Part shown: positions 14,876 through 28,008 of the stretch, piece by piece
How the letters are laid out: each line of letters opens with the position of its first letter
Position numbering within the stretch: the first letter of the stretch is position 1
NCBI RefSeq assembly: GCF_026210795.1
Contig: NC_089432.1
Coordinates: 5,146,001 to 5,210,000, forward strand
Source of the DNA: Rhizophagus irregularis
Taxonomy: Eukaryota
DNA: 64,000 nucleotides
Reading direction: 5' to 3'
Notes under the pieces: generated by a model
Told to the model about the DNA's origin: nothing
The model's input: only the letters and a program-made list of their open reading frames with translations
Database searches by the model: none
Made by a program: the position numbers and the translations under genes

Positions 14876-15331
14876 ATGAATTTAATGACGATTTTATCTA
14901 ATAATTTGCGAAATAATTTTGTTAAATATTTATTAATATCATTTTTATTGATTGCTCTTATTAATGATGATTTATTCGTATTTGGAAGAGGCAAATTTCC
15001 AGGAAAGGTTCTTAGTGAGGCTGGGGAAAATATTCATAAAAGACCTGGACATGGAAAACCTGAGCATAAAGTTATAGGGAAACCACCTAAAAATAGTGTT
15101 GCTGATAATGATTTGGGAAAAGTTAATAATGTTAATGAAATTGATTTAAAAAATGACAAATCTTATGAAGGAAATAATGAAACTGAAAAACCAAAAAGTT
15201 CTAAAAATTCTAATACACTCGTTTTAGTAACAATAGTATTACTAATTTTAATAGCAATAAGTTCAATTTATGCTTGGTTTAAACGTCGTAATAGAATCAG
15301 AAATGCTAATGGAAATAATAATTATGTATAA
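14876..15331 (+). CDS. Small membrane protein (N-terminal signal/TM, Lys/Asn-rich linker, C-terminal TM)
   Basis: 151-aa ORF with two hydrophobic segments and a basic stop-transfer KRRNR. Confidence 0.65.
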   Translation: MNLMTILSNNLRNNFVKYLLISFLLIALINDDLFVFGRGKFPGKVLSEAGENIHKRPGHGKPEHKVIGKPPKNSVADNDLGKVNNVNEIDLKNDKSYEGNNETEKPKSSKNSNTLVLVTIVLLILIAISSIYAWFKRRNRIRNANGNNNYV

Positions 15332-16757
15332 AAAAATAACAACTGTTGGTTTCTTATTATTTATTATTTATTGCTTGTACAATTAATTTTTTATCATTCA
15401 ATCAATGTATTATTAATAAATTTATTTCTCATATTTTACCAATAACAAATACTATGTAAAAATTATTTCTCGTTAATGAATTCCCTCTTGCATAGACTAC
15501 AACCTCCTTACTACTAAATATTAACATGTAAAAATTTTTGTAATAAAAATGGGGGTCGGGTTTGATTGCACAGTATTAACGTCAATCATTTACATTTTGT
15601 GATTGGCTGTTATGATATTACGTTATATTCTAGGGTGTCTAAAGCGGAGCATATTTGGCCGGAATTACGGCATTAAGAAATTACGGTTTTTACTAACCGA
15701 AAAAAATTCTGTCCTCATAAAAAAAATGAAGGTGATGCGGTTTACTAAAATCACGTGACGCTACCGCTTTAGACAATTTACCCAGTATCACCTAGGGGAT
15801 AGATAAATATACGGGGGCCAACTCAAGGTTACACACACGAAGCCTATAGTAATTTTATAAGTAACTATAAAAATACCCCATGTTTAAAGTGAGAGATGGG
15901 CCGATAATCAATATGATTCTAAAAAAAATTATCCCCCGAAAACAACAAAATCCGAAACTATACAAATCTATAATTTTTGTTGAAGTTTTGCGTTCATATC
16001 TTTCAAAAAATAGGATCAGCTATTTGGAATACCTCAAAATTATAAAAGTTTATTAAATACTTGAAAATAATGCACAACAAAGTAAGAAACGCTATTTTTA
16101 AATGTTTTTAAGCAAAAAAAATTTATAACTTTTTACTGAGATCTCAAAAGTCTGTAATTTCTAACTTTCTATCGTCAAGTAATAAAAACATATAAAATAA
16201 GAAAGAAATTAATCAGTGGCTCAATTTTGATAAAAAAACTTCGCCTATATAGAGCTAATACGAACAAACTTAACTTTTGGGATCAGCTACTTTCCTATAT
16301 GTGTGTGTCGAAAAAAATAAAAAAAAACGAAATTCTAATATGAAATTTCGTTTGTGTAACCAATTTATGGAGGCTTCAGTTCAATCGGTAATCAGTGTTG
16401 GACCATTTGTCCAATTGAGCATTTGGATATCCAATTGAATATCCAATTGGATATATGTCCACAATGTCCAATAATTTTTTTGGACATATAAGAAAATGTC
16501 CAATTGATTTTTATTTAATTTTATTTAAATTTAATGATTTAAAAAGTAAATTTTATTAATTCTTTACAAATAATTCGCAATTTTATTTAAAAAAATATTA
16601 CTAGTACGCAGTTGATCAACATTAAATCTGCCTATTTACAGTAAATACAAATTATTTCATGGGATATTTTCCTGACCAATTGTAATCAATTTATTGATTT
16701 TATTCCGTTTCATCTACAAATTAATTAAATAATTAAATAATTAAATTAAAAAAAAGA

Positions 16758-19700
16758 TTAAAAATTGAAAAAAAAATTACGTAATAATGTCAAATATGTA
16801 GGAGGCTGAATTTTTTCAAAATCAAAAATATCATCTAACTTCCACTTGGCTCTTTTACTGATAAGTGGATGTTTCTTTTGTAAAATCTCGTCTAAATCCA
16901 TAGTGCGACCAATAAGTGGTGCTATCTCACCATTTTCTTCATCCTCCTGATTTAGAATTTCTGATTCCTCATCTTCTACCATTTCAATCCATTCATTAAT
17001 TAAATTTCTCCATTCACGAGGTGATTCAATATCTTGTTCCGAATCTTCAGAAGATTGATTTAAAAAATCATCATCATTATCGGATACATTAAATTGGTCG
17101 TCATCTTGCTGTTCTTAAACAACTGGAATTGCAATGTTTGTATCTTTGAGTTTTTTATTTGCACTCATAATATTTTCCAGTCGTTTTTGCCGTTGAAATT
17201 CTCCCTTTATTTGACTCATAGCAAGAACTTTTTCTGACTGTAATAACATTATAAGTTATAACAGTTAAGAAAGCCAAATAATTAAATATGCTAAAAAAAC
17301 GTCAATAAATAAAAATTTAAGGTAAATTTCATACACCCAAGCGGTTTCTTTTATTCGTATAAAAAAAGCCCATGGAAGAAAAAAGTCTTTCAACCGAGGC
17401 AGTATTAATACAAATAGCATATATTTTAGTAGAAAATGCACTTAAATCTGGTGCATAAGCAGATGTAAAATCCCAAAACCCAAGTACACCATTACAAAAT
17501 TGTTTTAATGACATATTATTAAATGGAAAATCTTGTTTTCGATAACTCTGCAACTCTCCCAATAGTGAGGTAGGTAATCGTTTAAACCAAGCACAGAAAT
17601 AGTAAATCATCCATTCACTCAATTGAGCAAAAGAAATTGATTGATTACTTTGAATAAAAAGATTATTCCGATATTCAGGGTGGAGAAGAAAAGAAATTAA
17701 TAATAAGGGCTGTTCCCAAATATCCCATCGTTTTTCTAAACGCGCAGCCATTTTTTTACCTAAATCTTGATCGGAATATTCTTGCCACATTTTGTAAAAA
17801 TAAGCAAATCCATGAAGTACATCATGGAGACGAGCATTTTCTGCTTGTAATTTGTTTAACACTCCACAAAAAGGATATAGAAGCTTTTCTAATTGCTTAA
17901 TTTCTCTCCACCAAATATCATTATCAATAGTTTTGCAAATATCAAGCGGCAAAGTTTTATTATTTCGTGTTTCATCTTCTTCACCAGAATAGTAAATTGC
18001 TTCATCTTCTTGATCAAATTCTTCAGGAGCATATTTTGAAATAAGTACCTAAAAAAATATGCATGTGTGTAAAAAAATAAAATTAAAAGCTAATTTTATT
18101 AGGTATTTTAAATTTTACATACCTTTAAAGCTGCCTTTGTTCGTATTAAACTGAAATAGCAATGATAATGAGAATTCCAACGTGTAGCACATGGAAGAAG
18201 AAGAGCAAGATATTTATTATATTTGATTTTTTGCTCATCACGTAATCTAGCCATAAAGTAAACTGATCTGTTAAGGTATGTAATAATTTGAATGGCCTTT
18301 TCAGATGCATTAATCAAATTAGGAGATTCTTTAAAGATTTCTCCAACAATTAGGTTAGCTTGATGGGCAAAACAGGGGCCAAAAAAAACGTCTCGCCGCT
18401 CTGGTGCCAATCGTTTTCTGTAAATTATAAAAAAAAAGTTAATATTTTGCGAATTGTGATTATTAATTTAAATCATTAAGATTTACTATTAACAATTTAA
18501 CATACCTTGCAGCTTGATTTGAAGATGCAGAATCAGTAATTACAGCATTGTATTTGATATTCTGTTTATCTAAATCACTTAAAAAATTTAATGTAAATTC
18601 TTTAATTTCCTCCCATTGAACACGATTTCTGCTTATATCTTCTCCTCCCCATACTAAAACTTGTCCATCAGAAGTAATTAAAACTGATCCCATAATTTCT
18701 TGCTTTTTGACATTTTTCCATCCATCAAAACATACAGTAACTCCAAGTTCATCTTTTTGTGCAGTATCAATTAAAGTTTTTTTAATATGTTCTGAATTTG
18801 TATTCAGAATACGACCTGCTAGTACTTTCCCTATAAAAAGTATTATACTTAAAATATACTTAAAATATATTTAAAATATACTTAATTTAAAAATTGCAAA
18901 ATACTTATAATATATTTTTAATATATCTAAAATATACTTAAAATTATCTTAAAATATATGTCTAATATATTTAATTTTTGCCCATATACTTAAAATATAT
19001 TTAAATTATATTTAAATTAAAATTTAAGTATATTATAAGATTATTATAAGTATATCTTTTACATACTTAAAATATACTTAAAATATATTATGAAATATAT
19101 TATAAGAATATTTTAAGTATGTAAAAAATATATCTATAATATACTTAAATTTTAATTTAAATATAATTTAAGTATATTTTAAGTATTTGGGCAAAAATTA
19201 AATATATTAGAAATATATTTTAAGATAATTTTAAATACATTTTAAGTATATTATAAGTATTTCGCTATTTTTAAATTAAATATATTTTAAGTATATTTTA
19301 AATATATTTTAAAAAGTTTTTAATTATATTTTAAATATAAATACTTTTTATAGGGTTTTTGACTAGGTAATTTCAATCCTGGATTTGCAAAATTAATCAT
19401 TTTTTGACTTGATTGATTTTCGACCCATCTAAATAACCACCCATTATCTATAGTAGAATTCAATACTAAATCTTCCCATTGAGTATATTCTTGCTTAGAA
19501 AGAGGAGTTGGCCGAGGCATATAGTACATAATTTTTGTTTTTCTTTTTTTATTAGCAGATTCTTCTTCAGTACTAATTTCAAATTCTGAAATATAAATTT
19601 AGATTAGTATAAATTAATTAACCAAATAAATTATAAATGATTTTTTAAAAATATACCGTGTGAATGTTGTGATAAAGAGGAAGCGGAAAAAGAGGAACGG

Positions 19701-20030
19701 TGTGATAAAGAGGAAGATGAAAAAGAGGAACGGTGTGATAGAGAGGAAGAGGGAAAAGAAAAATTTTGTTCATGAGAAAAAGATGATTCTCCTTCAGTTT
19801 GATCTTTTTCTTGAATCTCTTCATATCTCTCAGGAAAAAGTATTCTATTTCTTTCATTTTCGGAATACTGTTCCTCAAATTTATTACAAGACTTTAAATG
19901 AGAAATTACTAGCCTTTTTGTGTTTGTAATTTTGGCTTTGCAATAGCAACACAAAGCAAAATAATTAAATTTATTTGCTTTTTCATTTAAAACTGTAATG
20001 TACTTAGTAGGAATGTTTTGGAGGAGGCAT
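16758..20030 (-). pseudogene. hAT transposase (BED finger, DDE core, dimerization domain), disrupted
   Basis: Exons encode CCYC...HLKSC, FDGWKN, ITDSAS, CFAHQANL, TRWNS and ASVERLFS; interrupted by a MITE at 18829-19355 and a TAA at ~17116. Confidence 0.85.
18829..19355. mobile_element. AT-rich foldback MITE (CCCTATAAAAAGTAT TIR, 3-bp TTT/AAA TSD) inside the hAT transposase
   Basis: Removing it plus 3 nt restores LPSQKVLAGRIL; same termini and TSD type as 3604-5011. Confidence 0.8.
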
Positions 20031-21629
20031 GTTTTCTAATGAGAAAAAAATAGTCAAAGTCGAAGTAGAAAAAAAACGAGATTATCATTGTTACACTATA
20101 ATTTATTAATTGGATATGTCCAATTGGATCTCCAATTGGATTTGGACATATGTCCATATGTCCAATTGGACACATTTAATCCAACGATGTCCAATTAACC
20201 AATTGGACAACTGGACATATGTCCATTTGGAAATTGTCCAAATGTCCAATTCTAGAAATTGGACATTGTCCAAATCCAACTCTGTCGGTAATTGATCAGC
20301 CTGTGTAACCTTGAGTTTGCCCCCGTATATTTGTATTATTTATTTCATGGGGAGTTGGAAATAAATGGGTAATCCCCTGGAGCGTGTCACTCATTAAATA
20401 TTAACTATTTTAACTATTTTAAACTAAAATTAGTAATTTCCCGGCTATCTATATGAGACCGGGAAATAACTAAATGAAGATTCCCGGTCATTTATAAACT
20501 CAGCTAATCACTCGCAATTTTTAAAAATTAGTATGAAGGTGATCATGAGTGACACTTAGTGCGACGGGGGATTAATCTATTTATCTATCCCCTAGGTATC
20601 ACCGTCACTTTCTGCCCCACGTGACTTTTTGGCGCAGAGGGTGTGATACTGTGTGACAAATATTACTATGATCACGTGGGGCAGAAAAGTGACGGTGATA
20701 CTGGGTAAGATGCTTTAGACGCTAAAAAAGGAAGGGAAGTTGGCCCTAATTTGGTTAAAAACATGTGGCAAATCAAGGATCGTTTTTTAACAAATATACA
20801 TAATTTCAATTTCAATTTCAATATATCAATATCAATTGATAAAATTGAACGAACAGATAAATTTTAAATGGCCATCACTTACGACACTATCAAAATTGAA
20901 TTCATATGCTAACAATGCTAACAGCCTAAGCAATAGTGAATAATTTAAGCCGCATATATACTAACTATAAATAGATTATTTCTTTATGATTATCTAATAA
21001 TGTTCGTAATTTTTTTAATAAAATTACACATATCACGGGATTGGATTGCAGTACGTGATTCCAGCAATTTGGAACCATTACTATCTACTTATTCAAGACA
21101 AACTTATCACAACACTCAGACTTAGTGATCATATACGACATTTTAAACCATATTAAGTATAATCTCATTTTTACATTAATGCTACGGCTTCACTTACTTT
21201 AGAACACTTATCCTAAAACACAAAAAACAGCACAGAAACTCCTAATAACAAAGCTATACTGATTTTTACAACACCAACCTGATGGGTTATCATCATTCTC
21301 AAATGTTTCTAGGGTGAATAACTAATTAAACTAATAGGTCCATATTAGTTAAGAAATTCTTTTTGTAAAATGAGACTCGGACCTTGATATTACAACATGG
21401 ATTATTATAGATATTGAGTAGGTACTTTTTTAATAAATTATTATATAAAAAATATTCTTATAAAGCTTTTTTTTTTCTATTGTAGGAATGCTGGTTTTTG
21501 GAATTTAACAAAACTGGATTTATATCATTGATGAATAGGCATGTAGCATATAGTGTTTTTGCATCACTTTTCTTTTTTTGTCTGTTTGGTAAAAGTGGAT
21601 ATATTAAATAATGTAATGAAATGTAATAT

Positions 21630-21850
21630 TTGAGGAATAGTGCATCCCATGCTAAACCAGGTGTTGAGTAATACCAGAGAGGGTCAAGACCATATTTACT
21701 TAGTGCTGTTTCCCGAAAACTTTGGAAAATATCTGCGAGTAGGAAGATATCAGTTTTAAGATAAATATTGTGGTAATCCCTCATGGTATTACATCTGGCT
21801 TTTTCCCAAAAATATTGCGCATACTCATACTCACTATCCGAAATATGTGT
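21630..21850 (-). pseudogene. Relic of a canonical Polinton/adintovirus-type pPolB (exonuclease III region)
   Basis: MRDYHNIYLKTDIFLLADIFQSFRETALSKYGLDPLWYYSTPGLAWDA matches the YLxxDVxLLADVFExFR...YGLDPxxYxTxPGLxWDA signature. Confidence 0.75.
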
Positions 21851-22497
21851 AATAGTACTTTTTTCATATTAATTGTGACACTATTGTAACTATGAAAATA
21901 TCAAATATTGGTATAACTAGCTACTATGAGTAATAATGAAAAATATAGAAAAGATCATATAAAATCAATATGTGTCATATTTATTATTTTTTGTAGGATT
22001 TTTTTTAGCAAAAAAAAGAATTGACAATATATGAATTAAAAATCATAATTTATTATTATTAGTATGACTTGGACTGACACATTGATGTGAATAATCCTGA
22101 ATCAAAAGTATTTATAGTTGCTTACAATGAAATATATTGCATGTTCTTCATTAATTACTGACAAATGTGTGGTAATATTGACTCATTGATAAAAAATATG
22201 TAATGCATTTTAAATGATTTTGACTGATACATTAATATTTTATTTAATTATATTATTTAAATTTGACTAATAATGTACTTCTTATTCATATCAATGTGTC
22301 AGCCTACATAATTTATATGAAATTGATAATGTAATTCAAGAACATCAATACGTCATTACAGCCTATAAATATATATATAATTAAGATACCTATCTTTATT
22401 TCACTTATATTACTTTTCCTTCTTAACTATTTATTCTTTCCTTCTTTATTAACTACTTTCATTCATTATTTACTCAACAATTTTGAATCTAATCAAT

Positions 22498-24243
22498 ATG
22501 AGCAACTATCCTGGTCAAAATAGTAAGTCCAATAAAAAGTACAGTACTTAGTTTGTAATATTTATTTTCAAAGATACTAGTTATTAACCAACTTCTATTT
22601 AGTTATAATTGAATATTTAAAAGAACGAGGTAGTAAATCAACATATTGTGGATTTTTGAATTTTAACAGTGATTTTATCACTGCTTCAATATCACCAACA
22701 GACACATGTGATAATCTTGATACTGTTTGGTTTTATCACTTTCTAAGGGAGGCAAAATCTCTGTTTAATCAGAAAACTTATATTGTAATAAAAAATAAGG
22801 TGTGTTATTTTTTATTTTGCAAATTTAGGGTAACTTCTAAGTTGGATGCGTTTTGACTTAGGAGAATTACTGATCTTGACATCTTTGGTAACCAATCCAA
22901 AGAACTCATTTTGGGCACCCTAATTTTGTAGTTGATACAAGTCTGCTAATTCTGGAGGAGGAATTGGCTATGTACCTTCTTTTATCACTAAATAAATTTT
23001 GATGCACTACTAATAATTTCTTTCTTATAATAGGTAAATGAAGAACACTCTCGTTATATAAAAAATCTGCAAAATTTCTGGCAAAGAATTATTAAGGAAT
23101 ATAAAAAAGAAAATTTAGTCCCTACTATTACATCTCACTTTAATGAGACATCTGATATAAAGTCATCTGAAATTTCTCAACCAGATAGAATTATTAAAGA
23201 ACACAAAAAGGAAAATTTAGCCCCTGCTGTTACATCTCACTTAAATAAGACATTAAATAAAACATCTGATATAAAATTATCTGAAATTTCTCAACCAGAT
23301 TCTAATGAAACTAAAAAATATGTTGAACAAAAAGGAAAGCTAAAAAGAGTAAGAGATGATAGTAATACTGATACAGAAAGTTTATCTAATGGTAGGTTAT
23401 AATATTTATACTATTTCTTTTACATTTATATAATATATATATTATATTATTATTAAATTATGTTTAATGGTTTAATCATTAGAGCACTGGAAGAAACAAA
23501 GTCAAATTTTAAAACAAAATAAGAATAATTTAGCATATGTCCAAGTTATTGACAATGCACTTCTTGTTGCTTCAGCATATGAGAGTCTTATTGAAAATAA
23601 TATCATACCTTTTATTAAAATTCTAAAAACTTCTTTGCTATCAAGATCACGAATGTCTTTATCATCAGCAAATGAACCTGTACTTCAAGCAATTGTAGAA
23701 AATCTTTTGCCATTAAAATACTGTATCCCAGAACTTGCATTAGTAACTAATGGTAAAAAGCCAAAAGGCTCAGGTCATTTTGGTTATTCAGATATTTTTA
23801 TTTTAAATAGTGAAGGAGATAATAATGTTATTTTAGAATTGAAATATATATCATTAGTTGGACTTATTAATAGTAATCAGAAAAATAATTTTGGTGCAAA
23901 TGAACTTGAAAATCTAGATAAAATACTTGAAAAGGAAAATGAAGAATCTGTATTAAAAAGATCATATACATATTGGTCAAAGGAAGAAAAAAAAACAAAT
24001 ATGACAACTATAGGTGAAACATTAAATAATGGATTGAATAAATTAAATTTATACATGGAAACAATTTCAAAAGGAAAAGCTAAAAACTATTCTAGCTCAG
24101 GAGTATTTGATGATCGTGTTAAAATAACAAAATCTAAACCTAATAAGTTAAAGGGATTTGTTATATTAGTAATTGGTTTTCGTCGTATTTTATGGAAATC
24201 TGCTAATGAAGTAACAACTAACCATATATATAATAAGATCTAA
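22498..24243 (+). CDS. Multi-exon gene with C-terminal PD-(D/E)XK nuclease-like domain
   Basis: ATG at 22498, GT-AG introns; last exon has ANEPVLQAIVE...GYSDIFIL...ILELKY; exon structure not fully resolved. Confidence 0.6.
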
Positions 24244-24492
24244 AATATTTAATTTAGCATATATTGAATTTTTATATACTACTTTCAATTTCTTTGCAGA
24301 AACCCTATCGATATAAAAAATATATTATCAATATTTTTAAAATATACAAGATATATTGATATTCATATTTATGTTATCTCTGTTATAACTATATGTTTAC
24401 AATATGTCAAAATATAATGTAGAAATCTAGTAACTGTGTCAGAGATCTGCTTAAAATATTATTTTGAGTATTTGTCAAATATGTGTCAGAGA

Positions 24493-25255
24493 TAGGGATT
24501 GGAATCAATTCTCAAAATGAGAATCGATTTTCGATTTCGATTAAATCGATTCTAATCGATTCTATGCGTCATAAAAAAAAATTGATCATCATTTGTAATT
24601 AAATTTGTGACGCAACAATTTTAATAGGTGAAAAATCTATTTTTTTTTTTACAGTAATTTTGCTTATTTTATATGGGCATTGCTGTTGGCTTAATTTTGG
24701 CCAGAATTATAATTTGGCCGGAGTTAATCATGTGACCTAATAAAAACTTTTCACAAATGGGTCCCATTTATAAGCAAATATTCTTGTGTAACTTCACTGC
24801 ATAAATCATTAAATCACTTATTTCGTAATGGTTAAAAGTGGTCTAAATGACCCAAAAGTGGGTCATTTAGACCACTTTTAACTATTAATTAAAAGTCAAA
24901 CTTTTTTTATTATGTTACATGATTAACTCCGGCCAAATTATAATTCTGGCTGAAATCAAGTGGTAAAAAACACCTGCAGTGAGATTTAGCAATGCTCTAT
25001 TTATTTATTTATTTTACGTATAAATTAAAGTAATTTACTGTGCAATAATTAAATGAAAATAATTAATTTATATAAAATAATAAAAAATAAATTAATTAAT
25101 TAAAAACTATTTCAATAAAATATTATAAATGCTAAAAAAAAATCGAATTACTGTATCACAATAAAAGATTCGATTTTTTAATTCGATTTTCAATTAATCG
25201 ATTTAGATTCAATTTTTGATTAATTCGATTTTGCTAGAATCGATTCCATTCTCTA
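24493..25255. mobile_element. hAT-type MITE
   Basis: TAGGGATTGGAATC...GATTCCATTCTCTA with 8-bp TSD GTCAGAGA (24485-24492, 25256-25263). Confidence 0.8.
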
Positions 25256-25972
25256 GTCAGAGATATGATAAAATCATTTCAAAATATTAAAATATTAACT
25301 TTATATAGCCTTATGTCAAATATATATTAGTAATATAATAGAAATTCAATTTTATATAACAATCATATATTTTTTTATTTATTTTATTTCAGGTATACTG
25401 CAGTAACAAATACATAACCAAATATGTATTACATATTCAACTAGTTATAAACAACTTCAGATCCTGTGTAACAAAGCAGGCCACATCTCATGCGAGACAA
25501 CTTTTGAAGTGATCCAGTGACATAGTTACAGTACTGATCAATATAAAGGTTAAATATTGAAGTAAAAATTAAAAGGGAAGAAATATAGAATTTTATCATG
25601 GTATATTGTCATATGTCAAAAATTATGATTCACTTGATTTTTTTTTTGTCAGCAATTTGGTGAAATTTTCCTCCAATAAAATTTATGCATGCCCTTTGCA
25701 AAATATTTAAAGAATTTTATATCCATTATAATGTTAGTAATATAGTTATATATTATTAAATAAACTGAACTAAACTGCAATATAACTTCAATTAGTCTCA
25801 TCATACCCAGTATTACATGTACAATCATGAGTAGGGATGGCAACGGTCGGTCATGGTCGGTCATCGGTCGGTTATAACCGGTCAAGAACCTTTGACCGAC
25901 TGACTGACCACTTGACCGACCGGTCTGACCAACCGGTTAACCGACCGTTTGACCGACTGGTTAACTGATCCT

Positions 25973-26488
25973 GTCGTCGGTCTGGATGTGTGTCTCGCTA
26001 CCGCTCACCCCACCTCGGCCTCACGGCCTCGCAGTACCTATATCCCCCTACGGGGGTCAGGAATCCCCATATATACTACTACCATGGCCACAGTGGCCAT
26101 GGCTGGTCACACTACTTTCCAACTCTTTTTTTTTATCCATTTTTTCTTATATATGAAACTACTATGACCACTATGACCACTATGACCAGACTACTAAAAA
26201 GTGGATAAAAACGCGAATAAAGCCAAAATCAGACAGAATATCCGGTCATAGTACTGGCCACAGTTCAAAAAACTTATGATAATACTATGGCCACCTTAGT
26301 TAGCTCCTCAGGCTCCAAAACCCGATTTAAGCTATGACCACCCTTTATCTACTTACCTGAGACACCGAACTATGCCACCGAACTATGACCGCCGAACTAT
26401 GACCACCGAACTATGACCGCCGAACTATGACCACCGAACTATGGCCACTTACCCCGTCAGAAAAAATAAGTAATTGAACAATGGGTAT
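25973..26488 (+). repeat. Left terminal inverted repeat
   Basis: Reverse complement of 39890-40406; begins GTCGTCGGTC; contains ACTATGACC x3 and 14-bp CCGAACTATGACCR tandem repeats. Confidence 0.95.
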
Positions 26489-26527
26489 TGAGAATAGAGC
26501 ATATCCAGATAAGTTTAGAAGACAGTA

Positions 26528-26848
26528 CTAATCCGTCTTCCTCTTTTTTGCCTCCTTAAGGCATTTATCAATACACTGTTTACACGCGTCATCAGAATCT
26601 AAGATTTTCTGTCCAAGTTTTTTGCACTGCCGATTGTAAGCCGTCTGCTGTCTCTTAGCAGCGGTTTCTTTCTTTTTCTCCTTAGTCTTCTTCTTGATCA
26701 CCCAGTCTATTCCAGTAAAAGTATTCTTATGCATACCACAAATTGTGCAGTCACCATGCAGCCGGTAACGCCCATTTGTAGTCATATCTTGTATTTCACT
26801 AGCCGTCTCAGTTTCCTTCTTGCACTTTAGGCAGTAAAAACGTGTCAT
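26528..26848 (-). CDS. Small zinc-ribbon protein (DUF5679-like) with basic tail
   Basis: FYCLKCK...TTNGRYRLHGDCTICG pattern. Confidence 0.7.
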   Translation of the reverse strand: MTRFYCLKCKKETETASEIQDMTTNGRYRLHGDCTICGMHKNTFTGIDWVIKKKTKEKKKETAAKRQQTAYNRQCKKLGQKILDSDDACKQCIDKCLKEAKKRKTD

Positions 26849-26892
26849 TTTAAGATTTGAAGTCTAAAACCATTCCTTTAATTTGTTGTAAT

Positions 26893-27984
26893 ATGTCACA
26901 CTTAGAGAATTACTATAAGTACTACAATCTCTCCGGAGTACCAGCACGAATTCTAAAAGGTGAAGAGCACTACAACCTATACAAAAAGCCCCTAAAGGAA
27001 AAGTCAACAGAACGCCCAAAGGTAATTGTATGGAAACCAAATGCAACACATCAGGCAGATCTTGCAGAGATGCCAGTTGACCCCAAAGGATTCCACTATT
27101 TTCTCGTAGTGGTGGAAGTTGCAGGAAAGAGAGTTGATGCAGAACCCCTAAAGGATAAGACTGCAAATAGAGTTCTAAACGGGTTTGTCAAAATCTACAG
27201 AAGAAATCGTATTAAGCCACCAACACACAGACTGGAGACAGACTCCGGATCAGAATTCACTAACGACCAGGTACGTGATTTTTTCCTGAACAGCCTAGGG
27301 GTAATGATGAGGTTCGGAGAGCCAGGAAGGCATAAACAGCAATCTTATGCTGAAAGAGCTATCCAAGCCATCCAAGAACCCCTTCTTAAACGAATGGTAG
27401 CACAGGAGTTGAAAACCGGGGTGACATCCGTGGAATGGTCAGAAGATTTCCATAATATAGTGAGTAAAGTAAATGAACTCTGGCAGAGAAATCCCCCAGA
27501 CATTCCGACAGGATCACCCAAAGTGTCAAAAAAGACGGATCTCCTCTCTGAAGGAGCACGTGTCAGAGTCAAGTTAGATGAACCTATCTCAGTACTCGGT
27601 AATAAACTTCACGGAAAATTCCGTACAGGAGACATAAGATGGAACCCAAACATTCGTGTAATCAAAAAAATGATACTCTCACCCGAACAGCCTCCTACAT
27701 ATCTCCTTAATGGACCACATGGTCGATTAGGTGTATCCAGATGTGCATATACCCGAAAGGAATTGCAAGTAGTTCCTATTAATGAAAAGCCTCCACCTGA
27801 CTCTGTGATAAGAGGACAACCTGAAAGATTTGTTCCTGAGCAGATACTTCGGCATCGCATTAGAAAAGGTCAAGACCAGTATTTGGTTAAGTGGGAGCGC
27901 TATCCAGACACTGAGGCTACTTGGGAACCTGCTGACCGGTTGAAGGAGGATGTCCCTGACTTAATTCGCAAATTTTGGGAATAA
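26893..27984 (+). CDS. Retroviral-type (rve) DDE integrase with C-terminal chromodomain
   Basis: HQADL, LETDSGSEF and AERAIQ catalytic motifs; EQILRHRIRKGQDQYLVKWERYPDTEATWEP chromodomain; first ATG at 26893. Confidence 0.93.
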   Translation: MSHLENYYKYYNLSGVPARILKGEEHYNLYKKPLKEKSTERPKVIVWKPNATHQADLAEMPVDPKGFHYFLVVVEVAGKRVDAEPLKDKTANRVLNGFVKIYRRNRIKPPTHRLETDSGSEFTNDQVRDFFLNSLGVMMRFGEPGRHKQQSYAERAIQAIQEPLLKRMVAQELKTGVTSVEWSEDFHNIVSKVNELWQRNPPDIPTGSPKVSKKTDLLSEGARVRVKLDEPISVLGNKLHGKFRTGDIRWNPNIRVIKKMILSPEQPPTYLLNGPHGRLGVSRCAYTRKELQVVPINEKPPPDSVIRGQPERFVPEQILRHRIRKGQDQYLVKWERYPDTEATWEPADRLKEDVPDLIRKFWE

Positions 27985-28008
27985 AAAAAATAGAAGAATT
28001 AAAGGGTC

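Larger units (their letters stand above)
16393..20284 (-). mobile_element. hAT DNA transposon
   Basis: TIR CAGTGTTGGA...TCCAACTCTG, perfect 8-bp TSD TCGGTAAT (16385-16392, 20285-20292), subterminal TCCAATTGGA repeats, internal transposase. Confidence 0.9.
15812..20325. mobile_element. Tc1/mariner-type MITE (TA TSD)
   Basis: CGGGGGCCAACTCAAGGTTACACA / TGTGTAACCTTGAGTTTGCCCCCG inverted ends, each flanked by TA. Confidence 0.7.
15793..20594. mobile_element. MITE with TAGGGGATAGATAAATA TIRs, GTATCAC(C) target duplication
   Basis: TIR at 15793 and its reverse complement ending 20594; GTATCACC at 15785-15792 and 20596-20603. Confidence 0.7.
15781..20705. mobile_element. Small TIR element (CCCAGTATCACCGTCAC...GTGACGGTGATACTGGG), outermost layer of a nest
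   Basis: Left TIR is split by an insertion at 15793 and resumes at ~20596; it matches the reverse complement of ~20672-20705; TA on both flanks. Confidence 0.65.

Noticed and set aside
25949..26208. Short ORFs in the TIRs (also 40170-40471)
   Set aside because: They start at non-ATG codons or in flanking DNA, change frame between the two TIRs and are repeat-derived
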